Origin: Candidatus Entotheonellaceae bacterium
GTDB lineage: Bacteria > Tectomicrobia > Entotheonellia > Entotheonellales > Entotheonellaceae
Reading direction: 5' to 3'
Assembly (NCBI GenBank): GCA_965238075.1
Contig: OZ250173.1
Coordinates: forward strand, 2,400,001 to 2,464,000
DNA: 64,000 nt
A model generated the notes under the pieces. That model searched no databases, was not told the DNA's origin, and worked only from the letters and a program-made list of their open reading frames with translations. Made by a program: the position numbers and the translations under genes. Shown here piece by piece: positions 40,063 through 48,926 of this stretch (its first letter is position 1; every line of letters begins with the position of its first letter).

Positions 40063-40845
40063 ATGAAGCACAGCGTGCTGAAGCCGCCCAAGTCGCTCGC
40101 GGCCACGATCGCATTCCTCACCTGTTTGACGATCGCGCATGTGCTCTCGGCGCCAAGCGCTGTCGGCACCGAATCGCTCCAGGCGGCGCGTAGCGCACAC
40201 GCCGAGGGCCGATTTACCGAAGCCGCCGAACTCGCCGTGGCGGTCGGCACTTCCGAAGGATTTGCGCTGGCAGCCGGGGCGCTGGCGATCCATAGCTACT
40301 ACATCGCCGAAGACGACGCCAAGCCGGCTTTGCTTGAGCGGGCCATGCGGTTGGCACAGGAAGCGGTCCGCCTCGACACCAACAATCCCGAGGCCCATCT
40401 CCAATCAGCACACGCCATGGGCCGATACGCGCAGACCATCGGATTGTTGAAAGCCTTCAGTCAAGGCTATGCGGGAAGGGCGCGAGAGGCAATCGACAAT
40501 GCCCTCCGGCTCGATCCGCACAGGGTGGCCGCGAACCTGATGTTGGCCATGTGGCATAAGGACATCGTCGCCAGCGGATTGGCGGCCAGATTGGCTTATG
40601 GGTCGACCAAAGAGAAGGCCGTCGAACACTACGAGCAGGCCCTTGAGATTGCGGCCGGCGCACCCGATGAGAAGGTGGTGCTCGTTGAATACGCCGAGTG
40701 CCTGTTGCGCTTGTATCGCAGCCGGCACCACAAGCGGGCACGTGAGTTGCTCGTGCGGGCGATCGGAGTACCGTCGAAGGACGCGTTCGAGCGTATTCTC
40801 CATCAAAGGGCCGTCGAACAGTTGGCGGCTCTGGAAGCGCCTTAA
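40063..40845 (+). CDS. Secreted TPR-like protein
   Basis: Signal peptide; helical repeats (AVRLDTNNPEAH, ALRLDP, HYEQALE). Confidence 0.7.
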   Translation: MKHSVLKPPKSLAATIAFLTCLTIAHVLSAPSAVGTESLQAARSAHAEGRFTEAAELAVAVGTSEGFALAAGALAIHSYYIAEDDAKPALLERAMRLAQEAVRLDTNNPEAHLQSAHAMGRYAQTIGLLKAFSQGYAGRAREAIDNALRLDPHRVAANLMLAMWHKDIVASGLAARLAYGSTKEKAVEHYEQALEIAAGAPDEKVVLVEYAECLLRLYRSRHHKRARELLVRAIGVPSKDAFERILHQRAVEQLAALEAP

Positions 40846-40919
40846 ATCAGGAGCCTTGGATCGTTCAAACCATGTGTTGCGTTGCTGTCAGTGTTCCATT
40901 AAGTTGCTTTGGCGTCTCG

Positions 40920-41012
40920 CATGAATGCCCGCCGGTCCAGCATAAGATCGCCATCAGGCTCGTAGACGTTTTCGGCAATGACACCGAGACAGTCGCGGAG
41001 GTGACAGCATGA
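40920..41012 (+). pseudogene. Remnant 3' end of a site-specific DNA methyltransferase gene
   Basis: Reads HECPPVQHKIAIRLVDVFGNDTETVAEVTA-stop, matching the KIAVKVVDIFGNDT C-terminal motif I recall from Mod-like MTases; its TGA overlaps the next ATG (ATGA). Confidence 0.6.
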
Positions 41013-41902
41013 AATTTGACCTGCCGAAAAGAATCCGACACAGCAAGGATGGTTTCGAGGTCTTGGCGTGTCTCCATGCTCAGACTGAGCGCTGTTTTAT
41101 GGATGATGTCGAGATTGACATGGCATCAACGGATTGGTTTGACGCAGATATGTGCGCGGTACTTGGGGGCATTCTGTACCGCTTAGGGGGCAGGTCGAAC
41201 CTGAACACTGTGGCTCTCACAAATATCTGCTCAGAGGTAGAAACAATTCTGGCGAGAAACGGCTTTCTCAGTCACTACGGCCGGGAAAAGCTCCCCGACC
41301 GTTGGGGGACAACCATTTCATACAAGCGGTTCGATGTTGAAGACAGCAGCTATTTTGCCCGGTACGTTGAAGACGAGTTTATCCAGCAGCGTGAAATGCG
41401 TGAAATGCTGGACATGTCGCCGGGCCTCCAGAAAAAATTCCACGAGGCCATTTTCGAGATATTCAGCAATGCTGTGTCACATTCCCATACTGAGATGGGG
41501 ATCTTCAGTTGTGGACAATTCTATCCTGCGAGACACCAGCTTAATTTTACGGTGGCGGATATGGGGGTCGGCATGCGCCGCAAGATACAGGACCATTTAG
41601 GGCGTAACCTGTCACCGGAGGAGGCAATCGTCTGGGCAACGGAGCGCAACCACACGACCAGGAAAGGCGGTATTCCCGGGGGTTTGGGGCTGAAGTTGCT
41701 TCGCGAATTCATTGACCGGAATGATGACGGCTGTCTTCAGATCGTATCCGACGCCGGATATTGGCGCCGCGAAAAACACGGCACCTGTACCGAACGATTG
41801 AGTTATCCGTTCCCGGGTACGGTAGTGAATGTGGAGATCAATACTGCAGACCAGAACACCTACGGCCTTTCTTCCGAGGCCACGACCAACGATATTTTTT
41901 GA
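41009..41902 (+). CDS. GHKL/HATPase ATP-binding protein (RsbW-like Ser kinase?) with STAS-like N-terminus
   Basis: N-box EIFSNAVSHS, G1 VADMGVG, G2 GGLGL, G3 PGTVV; no His-acceptor helix; N-terminal IDMASTDWFDAD. Confidence 0.8.
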   Translation: MKFDLPKRIRHSKDGFEVLACLHAQTERCFMDDVEIDMASTDWFDADMCAVLGGILYRLGGRSNLNTVALTNICSEVETILARNGFLSHYGREKLPDRWGTTISYKRFDVEDSSYFARYVEDEFIQQREMREMLDMSPGLQKKFHEAIFEIFSNAVSHSHTEMGIFSCGQFYPARHQLNFTVADMGVGMRRKIQDHLGRNLSPEEAIVWATERNHTTRKGGIPGGLGLKLLREFIDRNDDGCLQIVSDAGYWRREKHGTCTERLSYPFPGTVVNVEINTADQNTYGLSSEATTNDIF

Positions 41903-41913
41903 GATGCATCCCC

Positions 41914-42279
41914 ATGGAAAAGAGCCTTGTGATATCCATATTTCAGGTTGTCGGCAGTCCCTTGTGTGTCGCGTCTGACGATGGGCAGAAGGTATACGAC
42001 CGTCTAGCCGCCGCCTTGCACCAGGGACGATGCGTCTCGCTTTCATTTCGCAACGTCTCCGTGCTGACCTCAGCGTTTCTCAACGCGGCGGTCGGGCAGT
42101 TGTACGGAAAGTTCGACGAGCACCAAATTCGCGAATTATTGCAAGTGGAAGACATGCAGCCTGATGATGTGGCGCTGTTGGAACGCGTCGTAAAGACGGC
42201 TAAACAGTTCTTTCGAGACCCGGAGAGATTCAGCAACGTGGTGAAGGAGGTCCTGGAGGAGGAAGACGATGACGCATGA
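41914..42279 (+). CDS. STAS-like (DUF4325-type) protein
   Basis: ASDDGQKVY, VSLSFRNVSVLTSAFLNAAVGQLY. Confidence 0.8.
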   Translation: MEKSLVISIFQVVGSPLCVASDDGQKVYDRLAAALHQGRCVSLSFRNVSVLTSAFLNAAVGQLYGKFDEHQIRELLQVEDMQPDDVALLERVVKTAKQFFRDPERFSNVVKEVLEEEDDDA

Positions 42280-42769
42280 TGTCTCACATGTCGGGGACTA
42301 TCATTTCACCACCAACGACGCGTTATTTCTGGACGCCAACATCTGGCTATGTATGTATGGCTCAACGAGTGTAGGTAGGAATAACAGAAAAGAAACCTAC
42401 CTCTCAGCGTTTCGTCGCATTCTGGAAGCTAAGAGCCGCATCTATATTAACGTCCTCGTCGTCTCGGAGATTATCAACGTCTGGGCCAGAATCTCTTACC
42501 GGGATTGGGAATATTGGTCGCCTCAAAATTTCAAGGCATATCGTAGCAGTGATGCTTTCAAATCCGTTGCTTCGGATATTGCCGCCGACATCAAACGGAT
42601 CCTGAGTTATTGTTCACGAATCGAAAGCGGCTTTGAAACGGCAGAAATAGATACCTTGATTGACGAATACAAGGAAACTGGTTCCGACTTCAATGATCAA
42701 ATCATCCGAGAGTTGTGTAAAAGTAGAGACTTGAGGCTGATAACGGACGATGGTGACTTCTATGGTTAG
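42269..42769 (+). CDS. PIN-domain nuclease; TAG at 42767 probably premature (frame continues to 42811)
   Basis: Acidic tetrad FLDANIW, VVSEIIN, DFND, ITDDGDF; after the TAG the frame reads GISILTANRRLLR-stop. Confidence 0.8.
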   Translation: MTHDVSHVGDYHFTTNDALFLDANIWLCMYGSTSVGRNNRKETYLSAFRRILEAKSRIYINVLVVSEIINVWARISYRDWEYWSPQNFKAYRSSDAFKSVASDIAADIKRILSYCSRIESGFETAEIDTLIDEYKETGSDFNDQIIRELCKSRDLRLITDDGDFYG

Positions 42770-42990
42770 GGTATATCCATCTTAACGGCCAACAGGCGTT
42801 TATTGCGCTGATCTCAAGGTATTCCTCCTTCGCCTTCCTTTTCTTCTCCACACGCGACCTTGCCCCGCGCTTCGCGAGCTTCCAACTGCTGGCGCCTCGG
42901 CATTGCCCACCACCGCACGGTTGCTTTGTTTTGAACGACTAGGGTAGTATGTAGCGCCGAATTGATAACCCATGCGAGGAGGGCTCAGGG

Positions 42991-44121
42991 GTGGCGGATA
43001 ACGTTTTTCAGGCGGCGATTGACATACTTGAAAGAGGCGAGCAGGCGGCGCTGTCGACGATCATCTCGTCGAAGGGGTCGTTGCCGATGAGCGAAAAGAG
43101 CAAAATGCTGGTGACGCCGGAAGGGAAAATTATCGGCACGGTCGGCGGCGGCTGTCTGGAAGCGGATGTGTGGACGGAAGCCCGCGAAGTGATGGAGGCG
43201 GGCAAGAGCCGCATCCAGAAATTCATCCTGACGGAGAAATACGCCGGCGAGAGCGGCCTCAATTGCGGCGGCGTGGTGGAAATCCTGACGGAGCCGTTGC
43301 CAGAGCGCGGCCAGGACGTGTTCCGCACCATTCTCGACCTCAAGGAATCCGGGCACCGCGGCACGTTGGCGACGATTCTCACCGACCACCCCGATTTCCC
43401 GGAGGGACGCCGCAAGCTCCTGCTCACCGACGATGGCAGCACGGTTGGTTCCCTGGGCAACGCTGACCTCGAAAGCTTCGTGGTGCAGCGCGGCCAGGAT
43501 GTGTTGCGGGGCGAAAACTTCGCCATCGAGTCCTACGCCGCCGCTTCCGGCGACACCCTGCAGATTTTTCTGGAACCCGTTCTCCCCACCCCGACCGTGT
43601 GGGTATTCGGCGGTGGACACGTGTCGTTCTTCCTGGTACGCGCCGCCAAGCTGGCCGGTTTCAGGGCCAAGGTGATTGATGACCGCCCGGCCTTCGCCAA
43701 CAAGGAGCGCTTCCCGGAAGCCGACGCCACGATCGTCATGGAATTCGACAAGGTCCGCGAGGCGTTCGATTTTGGCCACGACGATTACGTGGTCCTCGTG
43801 ACGCGCGGCCACCAGCACGACCAGCATATTCTGGAGCAGATTTACGACTGCGACGCCCGCTACCTCGGCATGATCGGCAGCAAGAGCAAGATCGCCAAAA
43901 TGTGGCAGCGCTTGGAGGCCAAGGGCATCGACAGTGGCTATCTCGACCGCGTACACGCACCGGTCGGCCTGAACATCGGCGCCGATTCGCCGGAGGAAAT
44001 CTGCATCAGCGTCATGGCCGAGATCATCCGCGAGCGGCGTATCGGCAAGGTGCAGGCTACCCGCCACAAACGCAGCCATGACGAGCGCCGCGAGGCCGTT
44101 GCGGAGGCTGCGGCGTCGTAG
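42991..44121 (+). CDS. xdhC: XdhC/CoxI-family Mo-cofactor chaperone
   Basis: [49 protein letters not shown]. Confidence 0.9.
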   Translation: MADNVFQAAIDILERGEQAALSTIISSKGSLPMSEKSKMLVTPEGKIIGTVGGGCLEADVWTEAREVMEAGKSRIQKFILTEKYAGESGLNCGGVVEILTEPLPERGQDVFRTILDLKESGHRGTLATILTDHPDFPEGRRKLLLTDDGSTVGSLGNADLESFVVQRGQDVLRGENFAIESYAAASGDTLQIFLEPVLPTPTVWVFGGGHVSFFLVRAAKLAGFRAKVIDDRPAFANKERFPEADATIVMEFDKVREAFDFGHDDYVVLVTRGHQHDQHILEQIYDCDARYLGMIGSKSKIAKMWQRLEAKGIDSGYLDRVHAPVGLNIGADSPEEICISVMAEIIRERRIGKVQATRHKRSHDERREAVAEAAAS

Positions 44122-44138
44122 ACCATCGGGAGACATCC

Positions 44139-45041
44139 GTGCAATTGGTCCAGCTCGAAACCCGCCCGCAACCGCCGAAGCCCGCCTGGTTGCGCGTCAA
44201 ACTACCCACCGGCAAGACGTATTCGGACGTCAAAAGCCTGGTTCGCCAACACCGCCTGCACACCGTGTGCGAGGAGGCCATGTGCCCCAACATCGGCGAG
44301 TGCTGGGAGCAGAGAAGCGCGACCCTTATGTTGCTCGGCGATACCTGCACCCGCAGTTGCGGTTTTTGCGCCGTGCGCACGGGGCGGCCCGGCAGCGTGG
44401 ACGAGCAGGAACCGGAGCGCGTGGTCGAGACGATTGCCACGCTGGGGCTGCGATATGCGGTGGTGACGTCGGTGAACCGGGACGATTTGGCCGACGGCGG
44501 CAGCCACATTTTCGCGGCGGTCATTCGAGGCCTTCGGCAGCGGGTGCCGGGGTGCCGTATCGAGGTGCTGATTCCCGATTTCAAGGGCAATTGGGAGGCT
44601 TTGACCGAGGTGGTGGAAGCCGGTCCCGACGTCTTGAATCACAATATAGAAAGCATTGCCCGACTGTACGACACGGTAAGGCCGCAAGCCAAATACGAGC
44701 GGTCTCTGGAGCTTCTGCGGCGGGTCAAGGACATCGATGCCGCCATGCGCACCAAATCCGGCCTCATGGTCGGCCTCGGGGAGGAACCCGAGGAGATCGT
44801 CGACACGATGGGAGATTTACGGGACGCCTATTGCGATCTGCTGACCATCGGCCAGTACCTGCGTCCGTCGCTACAGCATCTGCCGGTACAGCGGTTCTAC
44901 CACCCCGACGAGTTTGTCGAGCTCAAACGCCAGGGCGAGGCGCTGGGCTTCGCGCACGTTGAGTCCGGTCCACTGGTGCGCAGTTCTTACCATGCATCGA
45001 ATCAGGAAGCGGCGGCTCAGACGCTGCATGTGACGGGATAA
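44139..45041 (+). CDS. lipA: Lipoyl synthase
   Basis: [33 protein letters not shown]. Confidence 0.97.
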   Translation: MQLVQLETRPQPPKPAWLRVKLPTGKTYSDVKSLVRQHRLHTVCEEAMCPNIGECWEQRSATLMLLGDTCTRSCGFCAVRTGRPGSVDEQEPERVVETIATLGLRYAVVTSVNRDDLADGGSHIFAAVIRGLRQRVPGCRIEVLIPDFKGNWEALTEVVEAGPDVLNHNIESIARLYDTVRPQAKYERSLELLRRVKDIDAAMRTKSGLMVGLGEEPEEIVDTMGDLRDAYCDLLTIGQYLRPSLQHLPVQRFYHPDEFVELKRQGEALGFAHVESGPLVRSSYHASNQEAAAQTLHVTG

Positions 45042-45088
45042 CTGGCGCTGGCTGCGACCCTGCCGAGCGGCCACATGTCTTCCCACAG

Positions 45089-45120
45089 CCCCTCCCTCAA
45101 GGGGAGGAGTTGGGGAGGGG
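45089..45120. repeat. GC-rich intergenic palindromic element
   Basis: cccctccc-tcaa-ggggagg-agttggggagggg; similar to 58247-58284. Confidence 0.5.
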
Positions 45121-45127
45121 AGTTCTT

Positions 45128-45961
45128 ATGAGCACGACCACGACCATCGAGGCGAAAGTCGACAAGTTGTTGGAGACGCTGCGCGACATGGAAAGCGTCA
45201 TCGTGGCGTTTTCAGGCGGGGTGGACAGCTCGCTGCTCGCCAAGGCCGCCTATGAGGCGTTGGGCGACAAGGCCATCGCCGTCACTGCGGTATCGCCGTC
45301 GTTGCCGCAGGCGGAGCTGGAAGAGGCGCAGGATGTGGCGAAACGTATCGGCATCGAGCACCGGCTGGTGAATACGGACGAAATGGACAACCCGCAGTAT
45401 GCCGCGAACCCTGAAAACCGCTGCTACTTCTGCAAGTCGGAATTGTTCGTCAAACTCAATCCCCTGGCCGAGTCCATGGGCTTCAAGCACGTGGTTTACG
45501 GCGCCATGATGGATGACCGCGGCGATCACCGGCCCGGCGCGCAGGCGGCGCGGGATTACGCCGTGCGGGCGCCGCTTGATGAAGCGGACCTCAGCAAGGA
45601 CGAAATCCGCACCCTTTCCAAGCGCTGGGACCTGCCGACCTGGAGCAAGCCGTCCTTTGCCTGCCTGGCCTCACGGGTACCTTACGGCCAACTGATCACG
45701 ATCGAGAAACTGAGCACGGTGGAGCAGGGGGAGGCGTTTCTGCGGCAGCACGATTTTCGGGTCTTCCGGGTGCGGCACCATGAGAACGTGGCGCGCATCG
45801 AGGTGTTGACGGAGGACATGCTCCGCCTCTGCTCGGAACCCCTGCGCAGCGAGCTAGTGGCGCATTTCAAGGCCATCGGATACACCTACGTCACGGTGGA
45901 CCTTGCGGGTTTCCGCTCGGGCAGCATGAATGAGACCCTGCGCCAGGCGCAGAACGACTGA
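45128..45961 (+). CDS. larE: LarE-family ATP-dependent sulfur transferase
   Basis: PP-loop SGGVDS, RCYFCK, DDRGDHRPG, KPSFACLASR, RVRHH, GFRSGSMN. Confidence 0.9.
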   Translation: MSTTTTIEAKVDKLLETLRDMESVIVAFSGGVDSSLLAKAAYEALGDKAIAVTAVSPSLPQAELEEAQDVAKRIGIEHRLVNTDEMDNPQYAANPENRCYFCKSELFVKLNPLAESMGFKHVVYGAMMDDRGDHRPGAQAARDYAVRAPLDEADLSKDEIRTLSKRWDLPTWSKPSFACLASRVPYGQLITIEKLSTVEQGEAFLRQHDFRVFRVRHHENVARIEVLTEDMLRLCSEPLRSELVAHFKAIGYTYVTVDLAGFRSGSMNETLRQAQND

Positions 45962-45973
45962 GGGCGTTTGATT

Positions 45974-46003
45974 GTCGGATTATGCTGCGCTAATCCGACC
46001 TAC
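45974..46003 (-). repeat. GTAG-type REP element
   Basis: Reverse complement GTAG-GTCGGATTA-gcgcagca-TAATCCGAC, between convergent genes. Confidence 0.75.
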
Positions 46004-46012
46004 ATCTGGAAT

Positions 46013-46321
46013 TTATTGAGGCAGTTCTTCTTCTGGGGCGGGAACGTTCTCGGGGGTGTCGTCAGGCGCCGGGTTCGGGGCGGCTTGCGGTGTTTCGGGC
46101 GCAGATGCCGGCATTGGGGTAGCCAAGTCGACTTCGGTTTCATCGTAGCGGTACTGCTGTGCCCCGCGCGGGTGACGGTATTGGGTAGCCGCCACAGACG
46201 GCGCACGTTCCAGGTCGACAGTCGTCTCGTCCGTCATGCTCCAGTCGCCGGGCTGCATGCCGGCAAGCAGCATCAGCATCCCTAAGCTGTGGACCAGACG
46301 ATGTAAATGGTTATGCAGCAC
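46013..46321 (-). CDS. Small acidic/Pro-rich hypothetical protein
   Basis: GGAGA RBS; fills the intergenic gap; repeated DETTVDL/DETEVDL. Confidence 0.45.
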   Translation of the reverse strand: MLHNHLHRLVHSLGMLMLLAGMQPGDWSMTDETTVDLERAPSVAATQYRHPRGAQQYRYDETEVDLATPMPASAPETPQAAPNPAPDDTPENVPAPEEELPQ

Positions 46322-46472
46322 GTGTCTTAAGTCTCCCGGTAAAATTGATGTTCACCCCGCGGCCTGTGCTGGCGAAGGCCGGAGGACAGGCGGCGCAGTA
46401 TCCCATACCGTCCCGCCGGGACGCAAGGCGCGCCGCGCTCACTTTCCAGTCCTATTCCGGAACGCCATTGCC

Positions 46473-47108
46473 ATGAATCAACCAGCAAATCCGTGCCGCG
46501 GACTGCTGATCGTTTTCGAGGGCCTGGATGGTGCGGGCAAAACGACGCAATTGGGGCTCCTGTACGATCACATGCTCCAGCAAGGCCAGGACGTTGTGCG
46601 CCTCCGGGAGCCCACCGAGGGGCCGTGGGGGCAAAAGCTACGGCAACTCATGGTGCACGGGCGTGGCGGCGTAACGCCGGCCACGGAACTGGAATGGTTC
46701 CTGAACGACCGGCGGGAACACGTCGATCAATGTATCCGGCCCGCGTTGAATCGGAAACAAATCGTCCTGTTGGATCGTTACTATTTTTCGACGATGGCGT
46801 ATCAGGGCGCCCTGGGCTGTGACCCGCAAGACATTCAGGCGCGCAATGAGGCGTTTGCGCCGCCGCCCGATCTGTTGTTGCTGTTGGATTTACCGCCCGA
46901 GACGGGCTGGCGTCGCCTGAAGCAACGCGGCACGCCGTCGCATTTCGAACGGCTGGACTATCTGGAGCAGGTGGCCGGCCTTTTTGACGTCATGGACTTT
47001 CCGTATCTCAGGCGCATTCCGGCGAATCAGGAGCCGCAGGTGGTGCAGTTGCAGGTGCGCCGGGAAACACAGCAACTGCTGCAGCGCCACGCACAGACCG
47101 GGGGCTGA
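46473..47108 (+). CDS. tmk: Thymidylate kinase
   Basis: FEGLDGAGKTTQ, REPT, LDRYYFSTMAYQG, PDL. Confidence 0.95.
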   Translation: MNQPANPCRGLLIVFEGLDGAGKTTQLGLLYDHMLQQGQDVVRLREPTEGPWGQKLRQLMVHGRGGVTPATELEWFLNDRREHVDQCIRPALNRKQIVLLDRYYFSTMAYQGALGCDPQDIQARNEAFAPPPDLLLLLDLPPETGWRRLKQRGTPSHFERLDYLEQVAGLFDVMDFPYLRRIPANQEPQVVQLQVRRETQQLLQRHAQTGG

Positions 47109-47109
47109 C

Positions 47110-47988
47110 ATGATCGAGCGCGTCATCGGGCCGGCATCACACGTTTTCTATTCACAGCGGTTGAAGTTGCACTACGTGGATTGGGGAAACGTCAGCGCGC
47201 CGCCGATGGTCCTCATCCACGGTGGCCGGGACCACTGCCGCAACTGGGACTGGGTAGCGCAGGAGTTGCGCGAGCAATATCACATCATCGCCCCCGACCT
47301 GCGCGGCCACGGCGACTCGGAATGGTCGCGCGGCGGGCAGTATGCCCTCATCGACTACGTTCTCGACGTGGCGCAGTTGCTTGAGCACTTGCGGTTGTTC
47401 CCCATCACGCTCGTCGGCCACTCCCTGGGCGGCGGCATTGCCTGCCAGTACAGCGGTATTTATCCCGACCGCGTCAAGCAACTTGTCTCCATCGAGGGGC
47501 TCGGTCCGCCGCCCGAGCACATTCGTCAGGGCCCGGCGCACCAGCGCATGCACGACTGGATTGCCCAGATGCAGGCGTTCGCCGGTCGCCACGTGCGCCG
47601 CTACCCCAGCCTCGACGAAGCGGTGCAGCGTATGCAGGAGGCGAACAAGCACCTGAGCGCCGAGCAGGCGTATCACCTGACGCTGCACGGCACCTACCGC
47701 AACGAAGACGGCACCTACACTTGGAAGTTCGACAACTACGTGCGGTCGCAGTCGCCCTATTCCTTCAACCTGGAAGAGGCCAAGGGTATCTGGGGCCGGG
47801 TCACCTGCCCGACGCTGCTGCTGCGGGGTCTGGAGAGCTGGGCCAGCGACCCGATGCTGGACGGACGCGCCCAGGCATTCCCCAACGCCTGCTGCGTGAA
47901 CATCGCGCAGGCCGGTCACTGGGTGCATCACGATCAGTTGGACAAATTTCTGGAGGTGGTGGGGGGCTTCCTACGGGAAAATGCCTGA
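47110..47988 (+). CDS. Alpha/beta hydrolase
   Basis: IHGG, PDLRGHGDS, GHSLGG, AGHWVHHD. Confidence 0.93.
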   Translation: MIERVIGPASHVFYSQRLKLHYVDWGNVSAPPMVLIHGGRDHCRNWDWVAQELREQYHIIAPDLRGHGDSEWSRGGQYALIDYVLDVAQLLEHLRLFPITLVGHSLGGGIACQYSGIYPDRVKQLVSIEGLGPPPEHIRQGPAHQRMHDWIAQMQAFAGRHVRRYPSLDEAVQRMQEANKHLSAEQAYHLTLHGTYRNEDGTYTWKFDNYVRSQSPYSFNLEEAKGIWGRVTCPTLLLRGLESWASDPMLDGRAQAFPNACCVNIAQAGHWVHHDQLDKFLEVVGGFLRENA

Positions 47989-48026
47989 GCGCCGTTGGAG
48001 AGCCGCACGCACAAAGGAGGGTTGTC

Positions 48027-48917
48027 ATGGACGCGCTGAGAATTGAGGAAGACCTGTCAGGCTTGCGCCAGCCGCATCTGCTGTTGACCTTCTCGGGCTG
48101 GAGCGATGCCGCCGGGGTTGCCATCGCGGCGGGCCGTTTTCTGGTCGAGCACTTGGAAGCGGAGTGCATTGCCCAGATTGACCCGGAGGATTTCTACAGC
48201 TTTGCTGATCAACGGCCGCAGGCGCAGTACAATGATAACGATCAGCGAGAGATTATCTGGCCGGCGAACGAATTCTTTCTTAGCCGTCAGCCACAGCTTG
48301 AGCACGACGTGATTATCGGGGTCGGCGTCGAGCCGCACCTCAAGTGGCGCACATTTACCGACCTGATGATGGACCTGACGCAGCGTTGCAACGTGTTCCA
48401 GACCGTCACCCTGGGAGCGCTGTGGGCTGACGTGCTGTATTCGGCGCCGGTGCGGTTTTCCGGTTCGGCAACCGATCCCGAACTGTCGCGTACGCTGGGC
48501 CTGGGCAGCGGCTCGCGCTATGAAGGGCCCACGGGGATGATCGGCGTCTTGCACGACAAGCTGCGCCGCAACCAATTCACCTCGGCGAGCCTTTGGGCCA
48601 ACATGCCGTACTACATTTCCGTCACGCCGAATCCCAAGGGCATGCTCGCCCTGGTGCGGCGCGGCCTGGAAATCGTCGGGTTGCCGGCCGACTTTCCGGA
48701 GCTGGAAGAGGAAACGCGGGAGTTTGAAGAGCGGGTTGCCGAGGCGATTGCCCAGGACCCCAAGATCGCCGCCCACGTGAAGAAGCTCGAGCGCCAGCAG
48801 GCGCGCGCCGATTCGGGGCCTCTGCTGCTGCCGGAGGACGTTGTCAGCGGCGACGACCTGGCCGCCGAGCTACAGCGCTACCTGCGCGAGCAGCGCGGCG
48901 AGCCGGAGGGAGAATAG
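48027..48917 (+). CDS. PAC2 (proteasome assembly chaperone-like) family protein
   Basis: FSGWSDAA, IDPEDFY, EPHLKW, YEGPTGMIG, SLWA..PYY, LAAELQRYLR. Confidence 0.85.
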   Translation: MDALRIEEDLSGLRQPHLLLTFSGWSDAAGVAIAAGRFLVEHLEAECIAQIDPEDFYSFADQRPQAQYNDNDQREIIWPANEFFLSRQPQLEHDVIIGVGVEPHLKWRTFTDLMMDLTQRCNVFQTVTLGALWADVLYSAPVRFSGSATDPELSRTLGLGSGSRYEGPTGMIGVLHDKLRRNQFTSASLWANMPYYISVTPNPKGMLALVRRGLEIVGLPADFPELEEETREFEERVAEAIAQDPKIAAHVKKLERQQARADSGPLLLPEDVVSGDDLAAELQRYLREQRGEPEGE

Positions 48918-48926
48918 GCGCGCGGC

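Noticed and set aside
42767-42769. Pyrrolysine codon in the PIN gene
   Set aside because: No pyl genes in the window, many genes here terminate at TAG, and the position is not catalytic.
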